Shown: positions 46,103-54,586 of the stretch, piece by piece | Layout: the number at the start of each line of letters is the position of its first letter | Position numbering within the stretch: position 1 is the first letter of the stretch | IMG/VR virus record: IMGVR_UViG_3300027833_000001 | Span: 64,001 to 128,000 of that record | DNA length: 64,000 bases | Source of the DNA: a virus | Direction: 5' to 3' (one strand) | Notes under the pieces: generated by a model | What the model saw: only the letters and a program-made list of their open reading frames with translations | The model's database searches: none | Told to the model about the DNA's origin: nothing | Made by a program: the position numbers and the translations under genes

Positions 46103-48600
46103 TTACATTTACCACATTTCATTGTACATATATTCAAAGGCTTTCTCTTTAGATGTTCGCTGATATTAGCAAAATCTGTATTGTGTATTACTTCACCTGT
46201 AGTAAAACCTGCTAAGTTATTATACTTCATATTGTATGGATAGTCAATAGGGTGATATGGTAAAAGTTTATTTTCTACTACATCTCTTGCAATGAACGCA
46301 CAAGGAAAAGCATTACTAGACGAACCAATATAAAAGTATCCACTTTTTCTAGCATCACACCATACTGGATCTTTTTCTTTCATTTTTGGTTTAGTTGTTC
46401 TTATTTCATTTTTCTTTGCAAACTGCTTTAGGGTGTGAAAGTCTATTGGTTTATCTTTTGCAATAGTATTTTCAATTTGATTCTCTTGTTCTGACTTTAA
46501 CTCAGGCAGTACTTTTTGTATATGATCAACATATACAAGAGACTCAATATCACTAAATGTTTGTAGGGTTATAGTAATATTTTTGTCTTTTAAGTACTTA
46601 CAGATTTCTTCTAACTCTACACAGTTTACTGGGTCTGTTATTTCACACATAAAAGTTACCCAAGAAACTTTGTAACTATCGAATATATTTTTTATACTCT
46701 TTAGAGTGTGTTCATTACCGTCTACAAAAATGTCATTGAACTCTATGTTCGTATCATTCTGGCGAGTACTCAATTGTATCAGTGCGCCATCTGGTTCTTC
46801 ATCTTCATATAGACCACGATATAAGTCACTGTATTGTTCTCCATGCATTTGGAAATATTTTATGAGTGTATTTGTATCATCATTTTTCTGATTCATTATA
46901 GAAAGCAATTCTTCTTTAGGCATGATGTTGTATAATCGCTCAAAGACTTTCTCATAATTTTCTTTGTAAAACAATTCTTTTAGATATTCGATATAATATT
47001 TTTTATATAGCGATTGAACCTCATCCGAATCTGTATCCCAGAAGATACACTGAATACCATTGTCTACTACATTCTTCATAAAGTCTACTTTAATTGTTGG
47101 TAAAGTATTTTTATGCCACATTCTTCTATACAATGCGATTGCTTGTAGTCTAGTTATTTTCCAAAAGTATCTTACTGGTCCGTGTACTTTTACTTCTTCT
47201 GCTACAACTTTGTGCATCTTAGAAATATATCTTTCTTTGTAGAAATCATATACTTCCATTACAGTTTTGTTCCAGTACAATGATTCGTCACCATTTACAA
47301 GCATTGAGTCATCTGGATAATCAGCAATAAACTTCTTGTGCATAGAAATCATATCGCCAGTTTCATAAAGTTCTTTTATGGTCTGTAAATGTATTGAATC
47401 TATTTGTCTAATAAATGTAGTATCTGATATTTCTCTTTCCAATTCTGGAAGAGATTTCTTTATATCGTCTACATTACCAGTTAAGTGTGCATCTATCTCT
47501 GGAAAATCATTTACGAATTTATTTACAAGAGACTGTAAATCATTGCTCTTTATCAGTGATTCAATATCTTCAACAACCTCTTTATTCATAAAACGATTCT
47601 CTAACATTTCATCTGTCAGAGATTTCATTCCTAACCATTCTTTTAGAGTGTTGAAATTTTTTGAGTACTGATCCCAATCAGACCGTAGGCTAGGCAAATC
47701 TTTTGCAAATTTCTTTTCTAGTGTATCGTAGTCTTTATTTGTAAGAAGATTATCAATCTTAACCGTGTGCTTGTTTCTAGTAAAGAAGTTTTTAGGAAAT
47801 TTAGGTAACCATAACTTTTCAAATTCATCTTTGCCGTGCCAATGTATTAATAGATTGTAATTCTTTAGTTCGTGTGGTTTAACACCAGACGTATTCTTAC
47901 CAAGCATATCGACATTGAACAGAGCAAACTTTGCATTATCTCTATACAAGTTTTGTGAAAGATCATCTGGATATTGTTTGCCTCTATTGTAAGAGTACAC
48001 CCAGTCTACTGGTAAGAAGTTCCAGTAATTATCACCCACTGTTTGATGTTCTCTATATGGATAATAATTGTCGGTGCCTTTATAGAATGTTTTGAACACA
48101 ACATCACTATGTGCCATAACATCATCATAAATCTTTTCACCCTGATCAGTACACCACAACATCACACTAGAGTTATATAGTGATCCTTTTATATCTAAGA
48201 ATCGTCTATCTTTAATTACAGAGGGATCTTCCCAATGAGAATAGATCATATGAGGAGACTTTGCGAGTTGTTCTATTTCGTCAATGTTGTTTTGTATTAT
48301 GATATCTAAATCAAGATAGCAGAAAGGACCTTTTGTTTTTAGCCATCGATGTGAATTGAGCATAAGAAACTTGGCTCTATCCCAACAGTAATTCTCTTCA
48401 CCAAACCAGTATCTAGGATGTAATGGCTTAACATTAGGAATTGGGCGAGTAGTAATACCCTTATTGATACCTTCTGGCTCATCTGTATAGCAGATGAATT
48501 TAAAACGCTTTGTATAATTGCGTTTGACCATTCCGTGAAGGTTGTTTACATATTCTGCGGTATACTTGTTACCCCATTTTATGCATAGAAAGTGCATCAT
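46099..48600 (-). CDS. Multidomain protein: glycosyltransferase, helical region, Cys-rich SPASM/Twitch-like C-terminus
   Basis: CIKWGNKY..YVNNL, CYTDE, YLDLDIII, NSSVMLW; C-terminal WCDA...YI.....FPCAF...CTMKCGKC. Confidence 0.7.
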   Translation of the reverse strand: MMHFLCIKWGNKYTAEYVNNLHGMVKRNYTKRFKFICYTDEPEGINKGITTRPIPNVKPLHPRYWFGEENYCWDRAKFLMLNSHRWLKTKGPFCYLDLDIIIQNNIDEIEQLAKSPHMIYSHWEDPSVIKDRRFLDIKGSLYNSSVMLWCTDQGEKIYDDVMAHSDVVFKTFYKGTDNYYPYREHQTVGDNYWNFLPVDWVYSYNRGKQYPDDLSQNLYRDNAKFALFNVDMLGKNTSGVKPHELKNYNLLIHWHGKDEFEKLWLPKFPKNFFTRNKHTVKIDNLLTNKDYDTLEKKFAKDLPSLRSDWDQYSKNFNTLKEWLGMKSLTDEMLENRFMNKEVVEDIESLIKSNDLQSLVNKFVNDFPEIDAHLTGNVDDIKKSLPELEREISDTTFIRQIDSIHLQTIKELYETGDMISMHKKFIADYPDDSMLVNGDESLYWNKTVMEVYDFYKERYISKMHKVVAEEVKVHGPVRYFWKITRLQAIALYRRMWHKNTLPTIKVDFMKNVVDNGIQCIFWDTDSDEVQSLYKKYYIEYLKELFYKENYEKVFERLYNIMPKEELLSIMNQKNDDTNTLIKYFQMHGEQYSDLYRGLYEDEEPDGALIQLSTRQNDTNIEFNDIFVDGNEHTLKSIKNIFDSYKVSWVTFMCEITDPVNCVELEEICKYLKDKNITITLQTFSDIESLVYVDHIQKVLPELKSEQENQIENTIAKDKPIDFHTLKQFAKKNEIRTTKPKMKEKDPVWCDARKSGYFYIGSSSNAFPCAFIARDVVENKLLPYHPIDYPYNMKYNNLAGFTTGEVIHNTDFANISEHLKRKPLNICTMKCGKCK

Positions 48601-49228
48601 AATATTTCTGTCTCAAATTAACGGTAGTTTCACTTTGTCCGTTCAGTAGTACTATAGGATATTCTGGTAATATCTGATACGCTCTAGGTGAAGTATCAGT
48701 CTCAGTATCTACACCACATAAAAATGAATAAATCATATTTTTAGGAAATGTTCTTTGAATCAATTTTTCATGGAATAAATACCAATCATCATTGTCTTTA
48801 TATTTAGTCATGTAGTAATCAATGTTTTCTAGCCAATCATCATATATCAAAGATGGGTGTTTTTCATCTGAATTCCATGTCATCACCGAAGAGTTGTATT
48901 TACTTCCAAAATCTTTCCAGTAGGTTTGACATATAGTTGGCTTATCACAGTAAGAAAAGAATTCATATATGTCACATTGTAACACAATATCTAGGTCTAA
49001 GTAAAGAACTTCACCAATATTTTTTAGACTAAATAGTTGTATCTTTCTCCAATTACTTTCAATATCTTCATTAATGAATTTAACATCTATTTCAGGTCGA
49101 AGTAAATGTGCATGGTCTGAAGTAGTTAAACAAACATAATTATATTCGCCACGAGTACTATCATATATTCTATGTACGTCATCAACGCTATACTTATCTC
49201 CATACAGAAGGGTTAGGATTGTCTTCAA
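48569..49228 (-). CDS. Glycosyltransferase (same family)
   Basis: YGDKY, VCLT, WRKIQLF, YLDLDIV, YNSSVMTW; TTG start with GGAG RBS. Confidence 0.72.
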   Translation of the reverse strand: MKTILTLLYGDKYSVDDVHRIYDSTRGEYNYVCLTTSDHAHLLRPEIDVKFINEDIESNWRKIQLFSLKNIGEVLYLDLDIVLQCDIYEFFSYCDKPTICQTYWKDFGSKYNSSVMTWNSDEKHPSLIYDDWLENIDYYMTKYKDNDDWYLFHEKLIQRTFPKNMIYSFLCGVDTETDTSPRAYQILPEYPIVLLNGQSETTVNLRQKYYDALSMHKMG

Positions 49229-49245
49229 GTCTAAACTCCATGTTA

Positions 49246-49253
49246 TATAAATA
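49246..49253 (+). promoter_or_regulatory. T4 late promoter
   Basis: TATAAATA. Confidence 0.8.
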
Positions 49254-49280
49254 GATTACAGAACAGAGGAACTGCAATAT

Positions 49281-49607
49281 ATGGCAACGGTAAATAATAT
49301 CGTGATTGATCAGGGCACTACCTTTTCATTTACGGTCAATCTTACGAATGACGATGGTACCAAGAAAGATTTGACGAATTATGCCGTCACTTCTCAGATG
49401 CGTAAAAGTTATTACACTACTACTTATACGTCATTCACTACAGCGAAAATAGATTTAGAAGGTCAGATTACTATATCTTTGACCGCCGCTCAATCATCTG
49501 CTGTAAAGGCTGGAAGATACGTTTACGATATTGAGATTGCTAGTTCAACTGAAACATTGAGGATTATGGAAGGAATTGTGACTGTAACTCCGGAGGTTAC
49601 AAAGTAA
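49281..49607 (+). CDS. Ig-like adaptor protein (BppU N-terminal-like)
   Basis: IDQGTTF, DLT.Y....QMRKSY, G.I.ISLTA.Q, GRYVYDIEI, EG.VTVTPEVT. Confidence 0.7.
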   Translation: MATVNNIVIDQGTTFSFTVNLTNDDGTKKDLTNYAVTSQMRKSYYTTTYTSFTTAKIDLEGQITISLTAAQSSAVKAGRYVYDIEIASSTETLRIMEGIVTVTPEVTK

Positions 49608-49885
49608 TGGCAATAAAAGTAAATATACCATCGAATGCAAGTACTACGAAAGTAAGCATACCGACAACAGGTACTATTGCTTCAGTTGTTACTACACAAT
49701 CTCAGGCAATTACAAACGCAAAGTTACAAAATTTAGCCAATATTGATATTTCAACTAATGGTTTATTGGACGGTCATACTTTGGTTTATGATGAAGAAAC
49801 AGGCAATTTTGTTGCCCAAGCATTAACCGCTTCTGTTGATATTGATTCATTGAATCTAACATCACTAGATGGTGGAACGTATTAG
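49607..49885 (+). CDS. Small fibre adaptor ending in LDGGTY
   Basis: L..L..ID....DG.TLVYD...G.F; C-terminal LDGGTY. Confidence 0.65.
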   Translation: MAIKVNIPSNASTTKVSIPTTGTIASVVTTQSQAITNAKLQNLANIDISTNGLLDGHTLVYDEETGNFVAQALTASVDIDSLNLTSLDGGTY

Positions 49886-49946
49886 TGATCAACATTCGTT
49901 ATGAACAAAAGATTTCAGTAAACATAGAAAAATGAGGAAACATTAA

Positions 49947-51209
49947 ATGGCAACCACTATTCAGATTAAGCGATCAACCGCTTCTGCCGCACCAGCAACT
50001 ACTGATTTAGTAGAAGCGGAACTGGCATATAGCCAAGACAAAAGCAATGATGGCACCGGTGCCATCCTTTATATTGAATCCGTAAACAACGATAACAGTG
50101 CAGTAATCCACAAACTTGGTGGTAAATTCTATACAGATATCGTTGACGGTGCAACCAATGCGAACACCGGAAACAAACTTGTAAAAAGAGATGCGAGTGG
50201 TAACATTGCCGCTGGTACTATTACGTTTGGCAGTCTTGCTGACGGTACAATCACAGCAACAGGTTTTGTTGATGAAGATAACATGGCATCAAATAGTGCC
50301 ACACTTATCCCAACTCAGCAATCAGTTAAAGCATACGTAGATTCTAAAGATTTCTATGTAGACCTTGGTATAGCTGGCGACTCTGGTACTGGAGCAATTA
50401 CAGATGCAGAAACACTTACTCTTACTGGTGGAACAGGTATCACAACAGCGGTATCTGGCAATGAAGTTACTCACACACTAGATAACACCGCAGTAAGTGC
50501 GGGTAGTTATGGTAGTACTACTGCTATTCCTACTTTTACAGTAGACGCACAAGGTAGATTGACAGCCGCAGGCACTGCTTCAATTTCAACTTCATTTAAT
50601 ATTGCTGGTGACAGTGGTACTACAAATGCTATTGATGGTGCAGAAACGCTTACTTTTAACGGCACAACAAATGAAATAGAAACCGCAGTATCAGCAAATG
50701 CAGTTACTATTGGTCTTCCTACTAACCCAACTATCGGTGGTAATCTTACTGTCTCTGGTAACTTGATTGTTTCTGGTACTAGAACAGAAGTAAACACACA
50801 GACTTTGGAAGTAGTTGATCCACTATTTGCACTTGCAACGAACAACAGTAGTTCCGATGCAGTTGATATTGGTTTCTACGGACTCTATGATACGTCTGGA
50901 TCTCAAGACCTATACAGTGGTCTTTTCAGAGATGCAAACGATGGTAAATGGAAACTGTTTAAAGATACACAAGCAGTACCAACAACAGTGGTTGATACTA
51001 CTGGTACTGGTTATGCAGTCGCATCGCTAGTAGCAAACTTGGAAGGTAACGTAACTGGTAACGTAACTGGTACAACTTCAAGTATTGCAAACCACGATAC
51101 GGATGCCCTTAGTGAAGGGTCAAGTAATCTTTACTACACAGCCGCACGTTTCAATAGTGCATTTGACACTAGACTTGACGCCGCAACTATAGACGGTGGT
51201 ACTTACTAA
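49947..51209 (+). CDS. Fibre protein
   Basis: N-terminal IQIKRS..P..L..AELAYS, GSYGS.TAIP.FTVDAQGRLT.A, G.LTV.GNL.V.G; C-terminal IDGGTY. Confidence 0.72.
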   Translation: MATTIQIKRSTASAAPATTDLVEAELAYSQDKSNDGTGAILYIESVNNDNSAVIHKLGGKFYTDIVDGATNANTGNKLVKRDASGNIAAGTITFGSLADGTITATGFVDEDNMASNSATLIPTQQSVKAYVDSKDFYVDLGIAGDSGTGAITDAETLTLTGGTGITTAVSGNEVTHTLDNTAVSAGSYGSTTAIPTFTVDAQGRLTAAGTASISTSFNIAGDSGTTNAIDGAETLTFNGTTNEIETAVSANAVTIGLPTNPTIGGNLTVSGNLIVSGTRTEVNTQTLEVVDPLFALATNNSSSDAVDIGFYGLYDTSGSQDLYSGLFRDANDGKWKLFKDTQAVPTTVVDTTGTGYAVASLVANLEGNVTGNVTGTTSSIANHDTDALSEGSSNLYYTAARFNSAFDTRLDAATIDGGTY

Positions 51210-51235
51210 CAATTAATTATTTTTGGAGATGATAC

Positions 51236-51385
51236 ATGGATGAGAAATTAGTGAATCAATATATTCAAACTATGGCGGAAGAAATTAACCGCTTGACGCA
51301 AGAAAATATTGTTTTGAAATCGAAGTTAGTGATTGCAACACAATCATTGAATACTCAGAATGAAGAAACAAAAGAAGAGGACTAA
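51236..51385 (+). CDS. Small coiled-coil protein (49 aa, possible fibre chaperone)
   Basis: GGAG RBS; MDEKLVNQYIQTMAEEINRLTQENIVLKSKL...; not in the ORF track. Confidence 0.65.
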   Translation: MDEKLVNQYIQTMAEEINRLTQENIVLKSKLVIATQSLNTQNEETKEED

Positions 51386-51808
51386 ATGGCTACAGTAATA
51401 CGATTAAAAAGATCCGAAACAGCAAGTGATGCTCCAACTGCATCTGACTTAGCTGTGGGTGAAATTGCCATGAATATGGCAGATCGTCTACTGTACTCTA
51501 AGAAAACTGACGGAAGTATAATTTCCATAGGCGCCGCAAGATTACCAGAATCTTTTACTTGGTCAAATGACTTAGATTTTGGTACCTTAGCTACTGCGAC
51601 TGGAGATGCTTACGATTGGGGTGACCTCACATCTGCTTCAACTGAGTACGATTTAGGCGCGGTAACAACAATAACCAATATACATTCAGATGCGCCTGCC
51701 AGTGCAACTGCAAGTGGAACAAAAGGGGATTTAACTTTCGACTCGGACTATATGTACGTCTGTGTCGCTACTAATACCTGGAAACGTGTTGCGCTTTCAA
51801 GTTGGTAA
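51386..51808 (+). CDS. Short fibre/adaptor protein
   Basis: N-terminal IRLKRS..AP..DLAVGEIA.N.AD..LY; three D[FWL]G motifs; C-terminal PASATASGTKG...D.DY.YVCVATNTWKRVALSSW. Confidence 0.7.
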   Translation: MATVIRLKRSETASDAPTASDLAVGEIAMNMADRLLYSKKTDGSIISIGAARLPESFTWSNDLDFGTLATATGDAYDWGDLTSASTEYDLGAVTTITNIHSDAPASATASGTKGDLTFDSDYMYVCVATNTWKRVALSSW

Positions 51809-51844
51809 GCTAATATATATTTATAGAGAGTAAAGAGATAAACT

Positions 51845-52864
51845 ATGCCAACAAAATTACAACTAAGACGAGGTAGTACATCAGACCATTCCAGTTTTAC
51901 TGGCGCCGTCGGTGAAGTTACCATCGATACAGACAAGGATACTCTGGTAGTTCATGACGGATCAACCGCTGGTGGATTTGTAGTACCTAGACTATCTGAT
52001 ATTAGCGTAACCGATTCGGGTGGTGACGGCTCGCTTTCATATAACAATTCAACCGGTGTACTTACTTATACTGGTCCAAGCGCATCTGAAGTTAGAGCGC
52101 ACATTACTGCTGGTGCTGGTATTTCAGTTTCAAGTGGTGTTGTTACATTAGACATACTTGACGAAGATAACTTTTCAACAGATAGTGCCACAAAAGCTCC
52201 TTCACAGCAATCTACAAAAGCATATATTGCTAGCCAGATTGCAACCAAAGACAATACAGATGAGATGACAGAAGGGTCAACCAATCTCTACTTTACGAAT
52301 TCTAGAGCAGACGCAAGAATATCAAATGCTCTTAAAGATGAAGATAACATGGCATCTGATAGTGCTACACATCTTCCTTCTCAACAAAGCGTTAAAGCAT
52401 ACGTTGATGCACAGACAACAGACGAAACTGCGGAAGGTTCATCTAATTTATATTTTACCACTGCCCGAGTTGATTCACAAATAGATTCATATCTCAATGC
52501 AGGAACTGGAATAACACTTGCTGGTAGTGGCGCAGTCGCAGTTAATACCTCTGTCATACCAACAATAACTGCAATGAATTCAGCAATTGCAACAAGCATA
52601 TCTAACCTAGTCGATTCATCACCAGATGCATTGAATACGTTAAATGAGTTAGCCGCAGCCTTAGGCGATGATGCTAACTTCAGTACGACAGTAACAAACA
52701 GTATAGCAACAAAAGCTCCACTTGCTAGTGCGGCTCTTACGGGTACACCAACAGCACCCACAGCAAGTACGGGTACAAACACTACTCAACTAGCTACTAC
52801 TGCTTACGTAAAACAAGAAATAGATGCACTCAAGGCACTCTTGTATGCATATGATCAATCATAA
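51845..52864 (+). CDS. Fibre protein with an Mtd_N-like N-terminal domain
   Basis: LQLRRGSTSDHSSFTGAVGEVTIDTDKDTLVVHDGSTAGG; PDALNTLNELAAALGDDANF; LTGTPTAPT..TNTTQLATTAYV. Confidence 0.78.
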   Translation: MPTKLQLRRGSTSDHSSFTGAVGEVTIDTDKDTLVVHDGSTAGGFVVPRLSDISVTDSGGDGSLSYNNSTGVLTYTGPSASEVRAHITAGAGISVSSGVVTLDILDEDNFSTDSATKAPSQQSTKAYIASQIATKDNTDEMTEGSTNLYFTNSRADARISNALKDEDNMASDSATHLPSQQSVKAYVDAQTTDETAEGSSNLYFTTARVDSQIDSYLNAGTGITLAGSGAVAVNTSVIPTITAMNSAIATSISNLVDSSPDALNTLNELAAALGDDANFSTTVTNSIATKAPLASAALTGTPTAPTASTGTNTTQLATTAYVKQEIDALKALLYAYDQS

Positions 52865-52875
52865 GGCGGAGTTAA

Positions 52876-53841
52876 ATGGCGTTATCAACTAGACAAGGAC
52901 TAATAGACTATTGTTTAAGACGTTTGGGCTTCCCGGTTATTGAGATTAATATCGATGATGATCAGATAGAAGACCGCGTTGACGATGCTTTACAATTATT
53001 CCAAGAATACCACTTTGATGGTGTTGAAAGAACATATGTAAAGCACCAAATAACAGGGTCTACTTTAAACATTCAAACTGGCATTGCCGCAAACTTCAAT
53101 GTGGGTGAAACTGTAACTGGAGCAACTAGTGGTGCTACAGCGGAAGTAGTAACTGGAGTAGCAAGCGCATTAACAGTAGACAATATTAAAGGCACATTCG
53201 TAGCAAGCGAAGTACTTAACGGTTCAGTAAGTGGACTATCTGCTACACTCTCAGCATCGAATTTCTATGCCGCGGGTGATTTGGAAAATGGATACTTTCC
53301 AATCAATTCAAACATTCTAAGTATACAGAGACTATTCCCAATAGGGCAGAGTTCTCAGACAACTGGTACAAACAATATGTTTGACCTTATGTATCAAATG
53401 CGAATGAATGATATGTACAGTTTACTGAGTGCTGACCTCACGTATTACAGCATGGTACAGACGCACCTAAGCACTCTGGATCAAATGTTTGTTAATCAGC
53501 GACAGATACGTTGGAATAGAAAAACGAACAAACTTTATATCGACACTGATTGGGATTTAACTTTCAATGTGGGCGATTATGTTGTAGCAGAAGCATACGC
53601 AATCATAGACCCTTCACTATATCCTGAAGTGTGGGATGATATGTTCCTTAAAAAATATCTTACCGCATTGCTCAAAAGACAATGGGGAGAAAACATGAAG
53701 AAATTTGGAGGAATACAATTACCGGGCGGAGTGACTTTAAACGGTGTAGAATTATTTCAAGAAGCAACCGCCGAGATCGCACAGATTGAAGATGAGATGC
53801 AGATGAAGTATGAACTACCACCGACATTTATGGTGGGATAA
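52876..53841 (+). CDS. gp13: Neck protein gp13
   Basis: LIDYCLRRLG.PVIEINIDDDQ.EDR.DDALQ.F.EYHFDG, KRQWGEN.KKF.GIQLPGGVTLNG. Confidence 0.95.
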   Translation: MALSTRQGLIDYCLRRLGFPVIEINIDDDQIEDRVDDALQLFQEYHFDGVERTYVKHQITGSTLNIQTGIAANFNVGETVTGATSGATAEVVTGVASALTVDNIKGTFVASEVLNGSVSGLSATLSASNFYAAGDLENGYFPINSNILSIQRLFPIGQSSQTTGTNNMFDLMYQMRMNDMYSLLSADLTYYSMVQTHLSTLDQMFVNQRQIRWNRKTNKLYIDTDWDLTFNVGDYVVAEAYAIIDPSLYPEVWDDMFLKKYLTALLKRQWGENMKKFGGIQLPGGVTLNGVELFQEATAEIAQIEDEMQMKYELPPTFMVG

Positions 53842-53848
53842 ATAGAGC

Positions 53849-54586
53849 ATGGCTACTAATTTTTACTTCCAAAATGGTGACACCTCAGGCACAACCTCAG
53901 AACAAAGGCTAGTAGAAAGCCTTGTAATAGAGAGTCTGAAGATTTACGGGCATGATGTTTTTTATTTGCCACGTACTCTGGTAAACAGAGATACAATCTT
54001 TGACGAAGATGCACTGTCTAAGTTCACACAATCATATCCTTTAGAAATGTACATGGAGAATGTACAAGGGTTTGAGGGCGACGGAGATATATTTTCTAAG
54101 TTTGGTATAGAAATACGAGACTCAGCCACATTTGTATTGGCAAAGAAACGATGGGAAGATTTAGTAGATACTTCTGGCGGTACTTTTCAGTTAGACGCAA
54201 GACCTGCAGAAGGAGACTTACTGTATTTTGCTAAGACAGGATCACTATTTGAAATTAAATTTGTAGAGTTTCAAAATCCATTCTATCAACTTGGAAAGAT
54301 ATACGTATTTAGATTACAATGTGAATTGTTTCAGTATAGTTCAGAAGTACTTGATACTGGTAATGCTGGTGTTGATGCTATCGAAGATGGTAATTCTCTC
54401 GATTCATTCCTGTTTCAGTTGAAGACTGAAGCTGGTGATCTACTACTTTCAGAGACAAGCGATTCAATTATTAAAGAAGAATTTGCAACAACGAAGACTA
54501 ATGCAAATACTGATAACGATGACTTCTTAAACTTCACTGATATAGTGGACTTCACTGAAGTAAATCCATTTGGTGAGGTAGGTTAA
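53849..54586 (+). CDS. gp14: Neck protein gp14
   Basis: EQRL.E.L.IES.KIYG.D..YLPR, SKFG.EIRD, RP.EGDL.Y, PFYQLGK, DFTE.NPFG. Confidence 0.95.
   Translation: MATNFYFQNGDTSGTTSEQRLVESLVIESLKIYGHDVFYLPRTLVNRDTIFDEDALSKFTQSYPLEMYMENVQGFEGDGDIFSKFGIEIRDSATFVLAKKRWEDLVDTSGGTFQLDARPAEGDLLYFAKTGSLFEIKFVEFQNPFYQLGKIYVFRLQCELFQYSSEVLDTGNAGVDAIEDGNSLDSFLFQLKTEAGDLLLSETSDSIIKEEFATTKTNANTDNDDFLNFTDIVDFTEVNPFGEVG

Noticed and set aside
51845-52864. Mtd-like gene as a diversity-generating retroelement target
   Set aside because: Only the N-terminal attachment domain resembles Mtd. No C-type-lectin variable region, template repeat or reverse transcriptase is visible in the window.
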